Shown here one piece after another: positions 1 through 10,479 of a stretch of DNA of 64,000 bases. The notes beneath the pieces are model-generated. The model was not told the DNA's origin. It saw only the letters and a program-made list of their open reading frames with translations, and did not search any database. Position 1 is the first letter of the stretch. Every line of letters starts with the position of its first letter. Source of the DNA: Ruminococcus sp. (lineage in GTDB: Bacteria > Bacillota > Clostridia > Oscillospirales > Acutalibacteraceae); assembly GCA_004558485.1 (NCBI GenBank), contig SFCS01000006.1:14041-78040 (forward strand). The letters are read 5' to 3'. The position numbers and the translations under genes were made by a program.

Positions 1-1361
1 TAGTTGCCACCCGTGTTGTAGCCGCAGTGACCGCTCACCGTCATATAGTAGACAGAGAACGGCTGCTTGCCGATATACTGCGGCGCCGTGAAGCGCATCA
101 TTTCCAGATCGCTCTCCGGCCAGGTCGGCTTCACGCCCGCCTCCATGCCGTTGCCCATGCCGATATAGTCGGCATAGCCGAGATTTTTGTGCGTCTTATC
201 TCTGCCGTAATAGGAATAGGTGTGGTCGTGATAGGCGACGCTGAAATAGCCGAGCCGTTTCAGTTGATTGCCCATGGTGAGATAGAGATTGTGACCGATC
301 GTCTGTTTCATGCTGGACACGCCCGCCGTCGGCACAAGCCCCATGACATTGGAGTATTCACCTGTCGAGGTGCTGCCGCCCCATGCGGGCTGATAATAGT
401 CGGTGAATTTGATGCCCTTGTTGGCAAGGCGATAGAGCGTCGGCGTCATTTGCGGGTCGATGACCTCGGCGGAAAACGCCTCCGCTGTGATGAAAATAAG
501 GTTTTTGCCCTTGAAAAGTCCGGTGTATTCGTTCTGCTTCGAGGGGGTGAGTGAGGCGACATAGCGGTGCATCGCCGCGAGCTTTTCGTCGCTCGTCGCG
601 GCGGCAAGCGCCTCGAAATCGAGGTTCATGACATTGTCCCCATACACTATGGGCTCCGGCTCTTGCGGCGGCTCATCCTTCGGCTCGGTGTCCACATCGT
701 CAAATTCGCCGTCGCCGGGGAACAGCAGATGGCCGAAGTCCAGCCGCAGCGCCGCGCCGAGACCGAAACCGCGCACCGCGCCGTCAAAGTCATATTCATT
801 CGTATAGCGGTTTTTGTCAGGGGAGACGGTGAGCGCAAAAATGTGCGCGAGAAGGAACGCGACAACACAGAAAACGCCGAGCGCCAACCGCCGCCGCAGC
901 TTGTTGACGGGGCGCTCTTTTCTGCCGCGGTTAAAGATGCAGAAGAATACGATCGGCGCCGCCACCAGCAAAATGCGCCAAAGCCCGCCGAGAAGGATAG
1001 AAACGATCGTGCCGGAATATTCTCCGACCACGCCGCCCGCGCCGCTGAAGATGGAGCGCGGGGACATGAACATCTTGAAGAAATCCTGCACGAAATATTC
1101 CGTCAGGCAGGCGACGCCGCAGACGGAGGAAATGACGATCGCAATGACCCGCCGCACGGTGACGGTGCGCCCGAACGAGGCGGCAAACGCAAACAGAAAG
1201 CCCGCCGACAGCGCAAAAAGGGTGATGCACACAAAGCGCCAAAAGCTCGCGCCCTGCATGGTGAAAAAGTGCAAAAGCCACTCGTCATAGACGGCGACAA
1301 ACAGCAAAAGCGCCCAGTGAGGGATGCCCACCGTCTGTTCGCGGAAATGTTGTTGTTTCAA
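1..1361 (-). CDS. LTA synthase / sulfatase-family membrane protein, 3'-truncated by the window edge
   Basis: Own minus-strand translation from TTG at 1361 (RBS GGGAGAG): five N-terminal TM helices, then a sulfatase-like domain (…TGEYSNVMGLVP…). Not in the ORF track because it lacks a stop within the window. Confidence 0.6.
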   Translation of the reverse strand, partial: MKQQHFREQTVGIPHWALLLFVAVYDEWLLHFFTMQGASFWRFVCITLFALSAGFLFAFAASFGRTVTVRRVIAIVISSVCGVACLTEYFVQDFFKMFMSPRSIFSGAGGVVGEYSGTIVSILLGGLWRILLVAAPIVFFCIFNRGRKERPVNKLRRRLALGVFCVVAFLLAHIFALTVSPDKNRYTNEYDFDGAVRGFGLGAALRLDFGHLLFPGDGEFDDVDTEPKDEPPQEPEPIVYGDNVMNLDFEALAAATSDEKLAAMHRYVASLTPSKQNEYTGLFKGKNLIFITAEAFSAEVIDPQMTPTLYRLANKGIKFTDYYQPAWGGSTSTGEYSNVMGLVPTAGVSSMKQTIGHNLYLTMGNQLKRLGYFSVAYHDHTYSYYGRDKTHKNLGYADYIGMGNGMEAGVKPTWPESDLEMMRFTAPQYIGKQPFSVYYMTVSGHCGYNTGGN

Positions 1362-1507
1362 GTGTATCTCTCCCTAATATATACTGAAAAATGATTTTTT
1401 TCGACAAGGTCAGTGTAGCACATCCCACCCCGAAAAGCAAGCCGAAAAATCCCGACGGAATGTCGTACAGGCAGGGCGGCATATGGTTTGGTGAAGGGGG
1501 TCATTTT

Positions 1508-2203
1508 ATGTTTTCGGCGCTTTTTGAGCTTTTGTCCGGCGTTTTCTATATGGTGCTGCATGTCGCCACGGGCGGCAGCTTTCCGAAACCGCTCTCCGTC
1601 GAAAAGGAGCGCGCCTATTTTGTCGCGTTTCACGAGATGGGCGACAGGGAGGCGCGCAGCGCGCTCATCGAGCACAACCTGCGTCTGGTGGCGCACATCA
1701 TCAAAAAATACTATGCCGGTGCAAAGGATCAGGAGGATCTCATTTCCATCGGAACGATCGGGCTGATCAAGGCGGTGGACACCTTTGACTATACAAAAAG
1801 CCGCCGCCTGGCGACCTATGCGTCCCGCTGCATTGAGAACGAAATTCTGATGTATTTCCGCGCGGAGAAAAAATATGCGCAGGATGTGTCGCTGTCCGAG
1901 CCGATCGACACCGACAAGGAGGGACACCCGCTGACGCTGCTCGATGTGCTGGCGGACGAGAGCGATCTCGCCGCCAATGTGGATCTGCGGGTGAACAGCC
2001 AGCATCTGGCGCGGTATATCCGCGAATGTCTCACCGATCGGGAGATCGAGATCATCCGCTTGCGCTACGGGCTGTGCGGCGATCCGCTCACACAGCGTGA
2101 GGTCGCGAAAAAGCTCGGCATTTCGCGCTCCTATGTTTCCCGCATTGAGAAAAAAGCGCTCGAAAAGCTGCAAGAGCGCTTTGAACAACCCGACACCCCG
2201 TGA
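1508..2203 (+). CDS. sigK: RNA polymerase sporulation sigma factor SigK (pro-sigma-K), uninterrupted
   Basis: Residues align to B. subtilis SigK (IEHNLRLVAHI, LISIGTIGLIKA, YASRCIENEILM, ISRSYVSRIEKKAL). ATG at 1508 follows RBS GAAGGGGG; a short pro-peptide precedes SFPKPLS. Confidence 0.8.
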   Translation: MFSALFELLSGVFYMVLHVATGGSFPKPLSVEKERAYFVAFHEMGDREARSALIEHNLRLVAHIIKKYYAGAKDQEDLISIGTIGLIKAVDTFDYTKSRRLATYASRCIENEILMYFRAEKKYAQDVSLSEPIDTDKEGHPLTLLDVLADESDLAANVDLRVNSQHLARYIRECLTDREIEIIRLRYGLCGDPLTQREVAKKLGISRSYVSRIEKKALEKLQERFEQPDTP

Positions 2204-2206
2204 GGG

Positions 2207-3166
2207 TCATCCCTCCGTTACCCTGGTACAAAGCCGGGCAAGCTCCTCAAGCGTTGTGAGCTTGCCTGCCTCCACCCGCAGCGCCGCCGCACCCGGCAGC
2301 CCGCGCATATACCAGGCGGCATGCTTGCGCGCCTCCAAGACCGCGACGCGCTCGCCCTTGTAGTCTGCGGCAAGCGCCGTCTGACGGAAAAGCGTCGCCA
2401 TGCGACGGGAAAGCGGCGGCGGGGGCAGCGTTCTGCCCTCGCAGAGCAGGGCATTTATCTCGGTGAACAGCCACGGCGCGCCGAGCGCCCCTCTGCCCAC
2501 CATGATGAGATCGCAGCCGGTGTCCTCATACATGGCGGCGGCGTCCGCCGCCGTGAAAATGTCGCCGTTGGCAATGACGGGAATGGAAACGGCCGCCTTG
2601 ACGCGACGGATACAGTCGCGGTCAACGGGCGGGGCATACATCTGCGCGCGGGTGCGTCCGTGCACCGTCACGGCATCCGCACCGCCTGCCTCGACGGCAC
2701 GTGCGACCTCGACGGCAACATCCTCATCCTTTTGAAAGCCGCGGCGAATTTTTGCCGTCACCGGCACGGGCACGGCATCCTTCACCGCCCGCACGAGCTT
2801 CTCGCAAAGCTGCGGCTCAGCCAAAAGGGCGCTGCCGCAGTGATTGCCGACGATCTTCGGTGCGGGGCAGCCGAGGTTTATATCGATGATGTCGGGGCGG
2901 TATGCCATGGCGAGCTCTGCCGCCTTGGCCATGATGGCGGGATCGTCGCCGAAAAGCTGCACGGCGGCGGGACGCGCCGTGTCGTCCAGCGCCAAAAGCT
3001 CCCTGCTTTTGCGGTCGCCGAAAAGCAGCCCCTTGCAGCTCACCATTTCGCCGACCGTGTACGCTGCGCCGAAATCGACGCAGATTTGCCGAAACGCGCG
3101 ATCGGCGACACCCGCCATCGGAGCGAGTGCCGCCATGCCTTTTATCTCCACATTGCCGATAAACAT
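2207..3166 (-). CDS. dusB: tRNA-dihydrouridine synthase
   Basis: Dus family motifs (LAPMAGV.D, DINLGCP, TVHGRTR) and TIM-barrel FMN-enzyme length. Confidence 0.8.
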   Translation of the reverse strand: MFIGNVEIKGMAALAPMAGVADRAFRQICVDFGAAYTVGEMVSCKGLLFGDRKSRELLALDDTARPAAVQLFGDDPAIMAKAAELAMAYRPDIIDINLGCPAPKIVGNHCGSALLAEPQLCEKLVRAVKDAVPVPVTAKIRRGFQKDEDVAVEVARAVEAGGADAVTVHGRTRAQMYAPPVDRDCIRRVKAAVSIPVIANGDIFTAADAAAMYEDTGCDLIMVGRGALGAPWLFTEINALLCEGRTLPPPPLSRRMATLFRQTALAADYKGERVAVLEARKHAAWYMRGLPGAAALRVEAGKLTTLEELARLCTRVTEG

Positions 3167-3169
3167 ACC

Positions 3170-4201
3170 TTATCTCCCCGGATACCCGTTTTTATATACT
3201 TCACCCGCGACCGCGCCGCCGCGCCGTGCCGCCAAAAGCTCCGGCACAGTCACGAAGGTGTAGCCCTGCGCTTCCAGACGCGGCACAATGATCTTCACTG
3301 CATCCACGGTGGTGCGATAGATGTCGTGCATCAAAACGACGGAGCCGTCCTTGATGCCGCCCCTTGCGGCAAAGGCGGCGCTGACGATCTTGTCTGTGTT
3401 GCGGGACTGCCAGTCCTTGGTGTCCACACTCCAATGCACCAGCGGCAGCCCCATGTCCTTTGCGACCGCCTTGACGGTGTCGTTGGCGTTGCCGCCCGGT
3501 GCGCGCAGCATCACAGCGTCATGCCCGATTGCCGCGCGGATGACGGCATTGCAGTCGTCAATTTCCTTTTTCACACCGTCGGCGGACAGCCGCGGCAGGC
3601 GTGCATGATTTTGCGTGTGGTTGCCGACGGCATGTCCCTCCGCCTCCATGCGCTGAATAAGTGCGGGATACTTTGCGGCATTTCTGCCGATCAAAAAGAA
3701 AGTGGCGCGCACATGATGCTCCCGCAGAAAATCCAGCAGCTCTGCCGTGTATTGTCCCGGGCCGTCATCAAATGTGAGCGCCACCAATTTGGCTTTGTTG
3801 TCTGCGATCTGTCCCGCATCGGTTATCGCGGTCATGCCGTTTGCCGCTTTGAGGGACACCTGCATTTTCAGCTGTTCATTTTCTGCGGCAAGCGCGGCGT
3901 TTTGGCTTTTTTCGCTGCCGAGTTCATCGGAAAGACGGCTGTTTTCGCTCGAAAGACTGTCGTTTTTCTCCTGCAGCGCCGCGTTTTCCTCTTGCTTTTC
4001 GGAAAGCGCGGCACGAAGCCCTGCCTGCGCTTTCTGCAGCTGCACGGTGTACACCAGTCCCGCCGCGAGCGCGCAAAAGAGCACGGCGAGCAAGAGCGCA
4101 AAAACAATCACCCGCCGACGGCGCTGCCCTTTTGGCATATGTACGGGGGATGCGGCGACAACATCCACATCCTCCAAAGGTCCCGTGTCAAAGGTTGCCA
4201 C
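3170..4201 (-). CDS. polysaccharide deacetylase (NodB domain) with N-terminal TM and coiled coil
   Basis: C-terminal NodB-like catalytic region (FDDGP, HxxxH-type motifs). N-terminus has a TM segment and a Q/E/L-rich coiled coil. Confidence 0.65.
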   Translation of the reverse strand: MATFDTGPLEDVDVVAASPVHMPKGQRRRRVIVFALLLAVLFCALAAGLVYTVQLQKAQAGLRAALSEKQEENAALQEKNDSLSSENSRLSDELGSEKSQNAALAAENEQLKMQVSLKAANGMTAITDAGQIADNKAKLVALTFDDGPGQYTAELLDFLREHHVRATFFLIGRNAAKYPALIQRMEAEGHAVGNHTQNHARLPRLSADGVKKEIDDCNAVIRAAIGHDAVMLRAPGGNANDTVKAVAKDMGLPLVHWSVDTKDWQSRNTDKIVSAAFAARGGIKDGSVVLMHDIYRTTVDAVKIIVPRLEAQGYTFVTVPELLAARRGGAVAGEVYKNGYPGR

Positions 4202-4225
4202 TTTTCTTCATCCTTTGCGGTGTCA

Positions 4226-5659
4226 TCAATATCTGTGTCTTTCGATAAAAACAGGCTCGGCAAGCGGGCTGTAGGAACGACGCCGCCTGAACGACAGCAC
4301 CCGTGTCGGTTCGTGCAGATACAGTCTTGCCGCCGCCTCGGTCATGCCCATGAGCAGCATGCAGGTGCACAAAAGGCGCGGAATGAGCAGCGGGAAGTCA
4401 AACACCCCGTGCACACAAAGTGCCAAAAGCGCGCCGATGATGGCAAAGCCGAAGAGCTGTGCCTCGCGGTGCTGCGGCATTTTGAGCAGCGCCGCGCCGC
4501 GCCGCAGCAAAAGCCGCAAAATGCAGCAGAAAAGGAAAAGCGAAAGGATGCCGCCCTCCGAGAGAATTTCCAGAAACAGATTGTGCGCATGCTTGAACGG
4601 CAGACCGTAGCCGGACAGGATGTCCTGTGTGGTCTGTACGCCGACGCCCGCGCCGAAAAGCGGATGCTCACGCACGCTCAGTAGCACCTTTTTCCACATC
4701 ACGAAGCGCATGTGCACCGAATAGTCGTCGGCATAGCCCTCGGACATGATCTGATCGACCGCCTGCGACAGGCTCTCGGGGCGCTCATTTTCACTTTCCG
4801 TGACCGCGGATGCCGATTGCTGCGTGTTCTGCGGCACGGCGGAAAGAAGGCGGTTGCCGATGCAGGGCGGAATGAGCAGCACCACATAAATAACGGTCAG
4901 CACCGTCATCACAAAGCGCTTGCGAATAAACAGTGCGCAGAGCAGCAGCCCGACCGCGATGATCGCCAGATAGCCGCCGCGCGAGAAGGTAAAGCCCAGT
5001 CCGTACGCCGCGATGATGAGCGAAATGCGCGCCGCCGCCTTGGGCTTGGAGCGCGTACCCGTCAGGACGAAGGCGATGGAGAACGGGATGGACAAAACGA
5101 GATAGGCAGCCAGCAGGTTCGGGTTCGAGAAGGTACCCGACATGCGCTCGCCGAAGTTCTCGTTGCTGTACGGAATGTTCAAAAGGCGATAAAAGAAGCT
5201 GTCCGCCGCAAACCACAGCTTGCCGTTGATCTGCAGGTGGAACACTTCCCGCAAAAGATACTGAAGCACCGCCACGCCGCCGACAATACCCGTCACGGTC
5301 GTCATGCACAGCACTGCCGTGCGCAGGCGCTGCCGATCGGTGAGCACCGTCACCGCCGCGACATAGGCGCAAAAGACCGAGACCCACATTATCAGCGACC
5401 AAAAGCTGCCGACGAAATCGGTCGAATAGACAAGGCTGAATGCCATATACAAAAGATAGACCGCCATGAGCAGTCCGAGCTTGCCGAACGCGGGCGTTCT
5501 GCCGTTTTTCTTCGCGTCCCGCAGCGCCAAAAACAACGAGGCAAAGATCAGCGGAAAGCTGACATAGTCGGAGAAAAGCGGCGCCGCCGTCAAGAGCAGC
5601 ACGCTGTAAAACCACGGCTCGCGCCGCACGCTGATATACGCATCCTTCAGCTGACCCAT
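4226..5659 (-). CDS. O-antigen ligase/polymerase family (Wzy_C) membrane protein
   Basis: About 10 TM helices. Wzy_C-like loop motif …HAHNLFLEILSEGGI…. Confidence 0.6.
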   Translation of the reverse strand: MGQLKDAYISVRREPWFYSVLLLTAAPLFSDYVSFPLIFASLFLALRDAKKNGRTPAFGKLGLLMAVYLLYMAFSLVYSTDFVGSFWSLIMWVSVFCAYVAAVTVLTDRQRLRTAVLCMTTVTGIVGGVAVLQYLLREVFHLQINGKLWFAADSFFYRLLNIPYSNENFGERMSGTFSNPNLLAAYLVLSIPFSIAFVLTGTRSKPKAAARISLIIAAYGLGFTFSRGGYLAIIAVGLLLCALFIRKRFVMTVLTVIYVVLLIPPCIGNRLLSAVPQNTQQSASAVTESENERPESLSQAVDQIMSEGYADDYSVHMRFVMWKKVLLSVREHPLFGAGVGVQTTQDILSGYGLPFKHAHNLFLEILSEGGILSLFLFCCILRLLLRRGAALLKMPQHREAQLFGFAIIGALLALCVHGVFDFPLLIPRLLCTCMLLMGMTEAAARLYLHEPTRVLSFRRRRSYSPLAEPVFIERHRY

Positions 5660-5886
5660 CTCTTTGCCTCCTTTCTTTTCATCACACAGGGCACACTACC
5701 CTTATTATGCCTTTATCTTAGCACGGCAAACCGGTAAATACAAGAAAGGTTACAAAACTGTAATAAAGAAAGCCGCTGAAAAATCCGCGGGAGCGGTGTC
5801 AAGCGCCCTTCGGCGTATAAGAAATACGCCACGAAGGGCACTTTCCTCCCTCGCGGTTTTTGAGCGGCTTTTGAAAAATCCGCGGC

Positions 5887-5920
5887 AAAAAGCGGCTGCC
5901 CGCAGGCAGCCGCTTTCAGG
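5887..5920 (-). terminator. rho-independent terminator downstream of apt
   Basis: GC-rich inverted repeat GCGGCTGCC…GGCAGCCGC followed by a T-tract on the minus strand. Confidence 0.5.
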
Positions 5921-5936
5921 ATTCGGAGCTTATGAT

Positions 5937-6461
5937 TTATTTTCCGTCATAGCAGATGACGGACGCCACATCATACTTTTTCAGCTTTTCGCGGGCGTTC
6001 AGCCCCGCAAGCTCGATCAGAAACAGCATCTTGACGATCTTGCCGCCCAGCTCCTCGCAAAGCTCCGCGGCGGCCTTGATCGTGCCGCCGGTGGCGATGA
6101 GATCGTCCACCAGCACCACCCGCTGTCCGGGCTTTATTGCATCCTTGTGCATTTCGATGACGGCAGTGCCGTATTCGAGGTCATATTCCTTTTTCACCGT
6201 TTCGCACGGCAGCTTGCCCTCCTTGCGGATGAGCACAAACGGCTTGTGCAGGTTATAGGCAAGCGGCATGCCGAGGATGAAGCCGCGGGACTCCGTTCCG
6301 GCGATGACATCGAAATCGAGCCCGTCGAGCCTTTTCTGCATCTCGTCGATTGCCAGGTGCAGTCCGTCCGCATCCTGCAAAACACTTGTCAGATCGCGGA
6401 AAATGATGCCCTTTTCGGGAAAATCGGGGATGCTGCGCACATAGTCTTCCAATTTTTTCAT
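5937..6461 (-). CDS. apt: adenine phosphoribosyltransferase
   Basis: Near full-length match to the Apt family; PRPP-binding motif VVLVDDLIATGGT. Confidence 0.9.
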   Translation of the reverse strand: MKKLEDYVRSIPDFPEKGIIFRDLTSVLQDADGLHLAIDEMQKRLDGLDFDVIAGTESRGFILGMPLAYNLHKPFVLIRKEGKLPCETVKKEYDLEYGTAVIEMHKDAIKPGQRVVLVDDLIATGGTIKAAAELCEELGGKIVKMLFLIELAGLNAREKLKKYDVASVICYDGK

Positions 6462-6487
6462 GACAAAGAACGACCTTTCGAAAACAG

Positions 6488-7343
6488 TTATTTCGTAATA
6501 AACAGCACACCCAGCGTGTTCGGTCCGCAGTGAGAAGAAATGGTGCAGCCTGCGCGCGTGACCAAGATCTCGTCAAAGCGCTGATACTTTTTCACAAGCT
6601 CCCGCACCATGTCGATGCGCTCCTCGGAGATGCCGGAATGGGTGATGAAGATGCGCGTGGGAACGATGTCGTCGCGCCCCTCCAGCTGATCGGCAACATA
6701 CTGCTCGAGCGCTTTGTCGAGAGAGCCGCGGTATTTCTTGTCGACGCCCATCGAGCCGTCGGCATTGTCCACGCGGATGGAGGGCTTGAGGCGCAAAAGG
6801 TTTGCGCCGAACATGGCAAGCGCCGAGCAGCGGCCGCCCTTGTAGAGATATTCCAGCGTGTCGATGACAAAGCTGGCGCTCACTCTGCCCGCAATTTCAT
6901 TCAGCTCTGCAACGATGTCTGCCGCCGCCATGCCCTTTGCGATGCGTTCGGCGGCCTCGATAACGAGATGACCCGTGCCCGTGGAAAGGTTGCGGCTGTC
7001 CACGGGATAAACACCGGGCAGCTCCTCTGCCGCCAGCTTGCAGTTGTTGTGCGAGCTGGAGAGCGCCGAGCCGATGTTGATGTGGATGACCTCATTGCCC
7101 GCCTCGATGAAGGGCTTGAAGCAGTTGATATATTCCGAAACATTGGCCGCCGCCGTCTTGGGCAGCACGCCCTTTTCGGCATGGGTGGCATAGATGGTGT
7201 CGGGATCGATGTCTATGCCGTCCAGATAGCTGTTTTCGCCCTCCAGAACATGCAGGGGGACAAGGTGTACATTATACTTTTCGAGCAATTCCTCGCTGAG
7301 ATCACAGGTGCTGTCGGCACAAAGAATGATATTTTTTGCCAAG
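6488..7343 (-). CDS. DegV family fatty-acid-binding protein
   Basis: DegV signatures (ILCADSTCDL, SRNLSTGTGHLV). Start chosen at TTG 7343 after RBS AAGGAAG; the track ORF start at 7462 lacks an RBS. Confidence 0.75.
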
Positions 7344-7477
7344 CGTATCTTCCTTTCGTTCGGTGATGGGTGTGCGCAACAAGGTGAGTATAGCATATTC
7401 TTCCCGAAATTACAAGAAAATGTTGCACAAACCGCGCCGGTGGTGTAAAATACATCTATCAAAGAGGGGGTGGCGTC

Positions 7478-9604
7478 ATGTTTGAAAACGCTAAATGGAT
7501 CACGCGCACGCCGTCGGTGCGCTGGGGCTTTGAGGACGATCCGGCAAAGCTGCCGCCGTCGCCGTATCTCGCCCGTACCTTCACGGTGAAAAAGCCGCTC
7601 AAAAGCGCGACGCTCTCCGCGGCGGGACTGGGACAGGCGGCATATTTCTTAAACGGTGCGCGTCTGCCGGACAGCCACCGCCCGACCGATCCGACCGCCC
7701 CCGTGAGGGCGGTCATCTACCGTTCCTTTGATCTGTCGGCGCTGCTGCACGAGGGGCAAAACCGTTTCGGTGCCATGCTCGGCAACAACGGCTATAACGA
7801 TCCGCGTGTTGTCCGCTTTCGCGGTGTGCCGATGCTCATTGCGCAGATCGACCTTGTCTATACCGACGGCACGACCGATTCGGTCGTCACCGACACCGCC
7901 TTTAAGACCGCCGACGCGCCGGTTCTGTTCAGCTTGCGCCGCTGCGGCGAAAAATATGACGCAAGAAGGGAGATCGACGGCTGGTGTGCCGCGGGTTTTG
8001 ACGACAGCGACTGGGAACATGCGCACATCTGCGCAGGGCCGGGCGGCGTTTTGCGCCCGACCGTCTGCCCGCCGGAGCGCATCGTGCGCCGCATCGCGGG
8101 GAGCGAGATCGCAAAGGGCGTTTTTGATTTCGGTGAAAATGTCAGCGGACATGTCGCCGTCACCGTGCGCGGCAAGTGCGGCAGCGAGATCGAGGTGCGC
8201 TATGCCGAGCTGCTCGCCGCCGACGGTCAGCATGTTGATCAGGGGAATATTTTAGCCGACATCTATAAGCCGATGGCGCACAAGGATGTCTATATTTTGA
8301 GAGGCGACGGCGAGGAGCATTATGCGCCGCTTTTTTCCTACCACGGATTTCGGTATGCCGAGGTGACGGGTGATTTCGAAAGCGTCGCGCTCACGGCGGA
8401 GGTGGCGCACACCGACCTTGCCCCCGCGGCGGCGTTTTCCTGCGATAACGGAACGCTTGCGGCGCTGCACGACATCACGGTGCGCTCCGTGCTCACCAAC
8501 TGCCACGGTGCACTCACCGACTGCCCCCACCGCGAGCAAAACGAGTGGACGGGCGACGGGCTGCTCAGCGCCGAGGCGGTGTGTATCGCCTTCGATGCCT
8601 ATGACTTCTTTTATGAATGGATGCAGAAATTCAAGGAGGATCAGCTGCCGGACGGGCGGCTGCCCTGCATCATTCCGATGAAAAACGGCGTGTGGGAGAC
8701 GGCGTTTGCCAACGGCCCCGACTGGGACAGCGCCATTTTCCATATCCCCTATTATGCTTACCGCTACAGCGGCGACCGCCGCATCGTGGATCTCGTGTGG
8801 GAAAATATGGAGCGCACACTGCGGCACTTTGCCACGCTGTCCGAAAATTGCCTTTTGCGTGCGGGCGTGGGCGACTGGGCATCCTGCGGTGCGACCTGTG
8901 ACAAGCAGATCACCGACACTGCCTATTATGCGATCGACGCGCGCATGATGGCGGAGATGGCGGCAGCGACCGGCAGAGACCCCGCGCCCTTTGCGGCTCT
9001 TTTTGCCCGTATCCGCGATGATTTTCGCGCCGCCTATGTGAAAAACGGGGAGCTGACCGACACACACCAAACGACGCTTGCCGCCGCGATCTTTGCGGGC
9101 TTTCTCACAGAAAAAGAAAAAAAGGCGGCGGGCGATCGCCTTGCCGCCGCACTTGCCGCGGCGGATCACCATTTCATCTGCGGGGTGCACGGACTGCGCT
9201 TTATATTTGATGCGCTGTGTGACACCGGCCACGTGCAGGAGCTGTTTGACACGGTGGTAAACCCCGCCTATCCCGGCTTCGGCAACATCGTTGCGCGCGG
9301 GATGACGACACTGCCGGAGTGGTTCAACTACGGTGCGTCGCAAAATCACCATTTCCGCAGCCCTGTGGACGCCTGGCTGTTTAACTACCTTGCGGGTATC
9401 CGCCCCGTCGGCTTCGGCATGGAAACGGTGCGCATCGCCCCGCAGTTTGTGCGCGGGGTGACGACGCTCAAGGCGACGGTGCACGGCGTGACCGTTTCCT
9501 ATGACGAGAAGACCCTCACGGTGCAAAGCCCCGTGCCGTTCACGCTTTGCCTTAACGGGGAAGAGAAGACATATCCTGCGGGAGAATGGCAGGTGGCGCG
9601 CTGA
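7478..9604 (+). CDS. alpha-L-rhamnosidase (GH78), cytoplasmic
   Basis: GH78 six-hairpin catalytic region with conserved DCPHREQNEWTGDG. 708 aa, no signal peptide. Promoter TTGCAC-17-TAAAAT upstream. Confidence 0.75.
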   Translation: MFENAKWITRTPSVRWGFEDDPAKLPPSPYLARTFTVKKPLKSATLSAAGLGQAAYFLNGARLPDSHRPTDPTAPVRAVIYRSFDLSALLHEGQNRFGAMLGNNGYNDPRVVRFRGVPMLIAQIDLVYTDGTTDSVVTDTAFKTADAPVLFSLRRCGEKYDARREIDGWCAAGFDDSDWEHAHICAGPGGVLRPTVCPPERIVRRIAGSEIAKGVFDFGENVSGHVAVTVRGKCGSEIEVRYAELLAADGQHVDQGNILADIYKPMAHKDVYILRGDGEEHYAPLFSYHGFRYAEVTGDFESVALTAEVAHTDLAPAAAFSCDNGTLAALHDITVRSVLTNCHGALTDCPHREQNEWTGDGLLSAEAVCIAFDAYDFFYEWMQKFKEDQLPDGRLPCIIPMKNGVWETAFANGPDWDSAIFHIPYYAYRYSGDRRIVDLVWENMERTLRHFATLSENCLLRAGVGDWASCGATCDKQITDTAYYAIDARMMAEMAAATGRDPAPFAALFARIRDDFRAAYVKNGELTDTHQTTLAAAIFAGFLTEKEKKAAGDRLAAALAAADHHFICGVHGLRFIFDALCDTGHVQELFDTVVNPAYPGFGNIVARGMTTLPEWFNYGASQNHHFRSPVDAWLFNYLAGIRPVGFGMETVRIAPQFVRGVTTLKATVHGVTVSYDEKTLTVQSPVPFTLCLNGEEKTYPAGEWQVAR

Positions 9605-10479
9605 TGGAAACGCTTTGCTTTTCCGTGCCGCCGGCCTTGGACGGCGTGACGGTGCAGACATTTCTGCGGCAGCACTGCGGGCTTTCGTGGCGCATGGTGG
9701 TAAAGCTCAAGCGGGTGGAAAACGGCATCACCGCCGACGGCGTGCACTGCCGCACCATCGACCGCCTGCGGGCGGGACAAACGGTGGCGGTGACCATGCC
9801 CGCCGACGCGGTGAAGATCGAGGGTGCGGACATGCCGCTTGCGGTTGTTTTTGAGGACGCGCACCTGATGGTTGTGGACAAGCCGCCGTTTTTGGCGGTG
9901 CATCCGTCGGCGGGCAAGCCCGAGCCGACGCTGGCAAACGCCGTTGTCGGCTATTTTGAGCGGGCGGGGACGCCGCTGTCCTTTCGCCCCATCAGCCGCC
10001 TTGACCGCAACACGAGCGGGCTGCTGCCGGTGGCGAAAAGTCCGCACATTGCCTATGCGCTGGCGCGTAAGATCGACAAGACCTATTTTGCCCTGTGCTG
10101 CGGGGAGCTGCACGGCAGCGGGGTCGTGGACGCGCCCATCCGCGTGAAGGAGGGCTGCACCATCACCCGCGAGGTCGGCGCGGGCGGCAAGGAGAGCCGC
10201 ACCCGCTATGAGGCGTTGAAGACCGACGGTCATATCACGCTTCTGCGCCTGCAGACGGAGACCGGCAGAACGCATCAGATTCGCGTGCACATGGCATATC
10301 TCGGGCATCCGCTCGTGGGCGACACCATGTACGGCACGGACGAGACGCTGCCGCGACACGCGCTGCACTGTGCGCAGCTGCAATTCACCCATCCCGTAAC
10401 CGGCGCGGCGGTGACGCTTTCGTCGCCGATCCCCGCCGATATGCAAACACTCATCGACACTTTGGAGGAAACAGTATGA
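9604..10479 (+). CDS. RluA-family 23S rRNA pseudouridine synthase
   Basis: RluA/RluD catalytic motif HQIRVHMAYLGHPLVGDTMYG. ATGA overlap with the upstream stop. Confidence 0.75.
   Translation: METLCFSVPPALDGVTVQTFLRQHCGLSWRMVVKLKRVENGITADGVHCRTIDRLRAGQTVAVTMPADAVKIEGADMPLAVVFEDAHLMVVDKPPFLAVHPSAGKPEPTLANAVVGYFERAGTPLSFRPISRLDRNTSGLLPVAKSPHIAYALARKIDKTYFALCCGELHGSGVVDAPIRVKEGCTITREVGAGGKESRTRYEALKTDGHITLLRLQTETGRTHQIRVHMAYLGHPLVGDTMYGTDETLPRHALHCAQLQFTHPVTGAAVTLSSPIPADMQTLIDTLEETV

Noticed and set aside
27-1394. Plus-strand ORFs 27-554 and 567-1394 at the left edge
   Set aside because: They are antisense to the LTA-synthase-like gene that I translated manually on the minus strand. Both are Arg/His/Gly-biased.
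1358-2188. 276-aa minus-strand ORF overlapping sigK
   Set aside because: It is antisense to sigK, which aligns residue-by-residue with known SigK.
2321-4684. 787-aa plus-strand ORF
   Set aside because: It lies antisense to dusB, the deacetylase and the O-antigen ligase. Its composition is Arg/Gly/His-biased with no domain. It is a spurious high-GC frame.
8252-9661. 469-aa minus-strand ORF inside the rhamnosidase gene
   Set aside because: It is antisense to the GH78 gene, which has clear conserved motifs. The ORF is Arg-rich junk.
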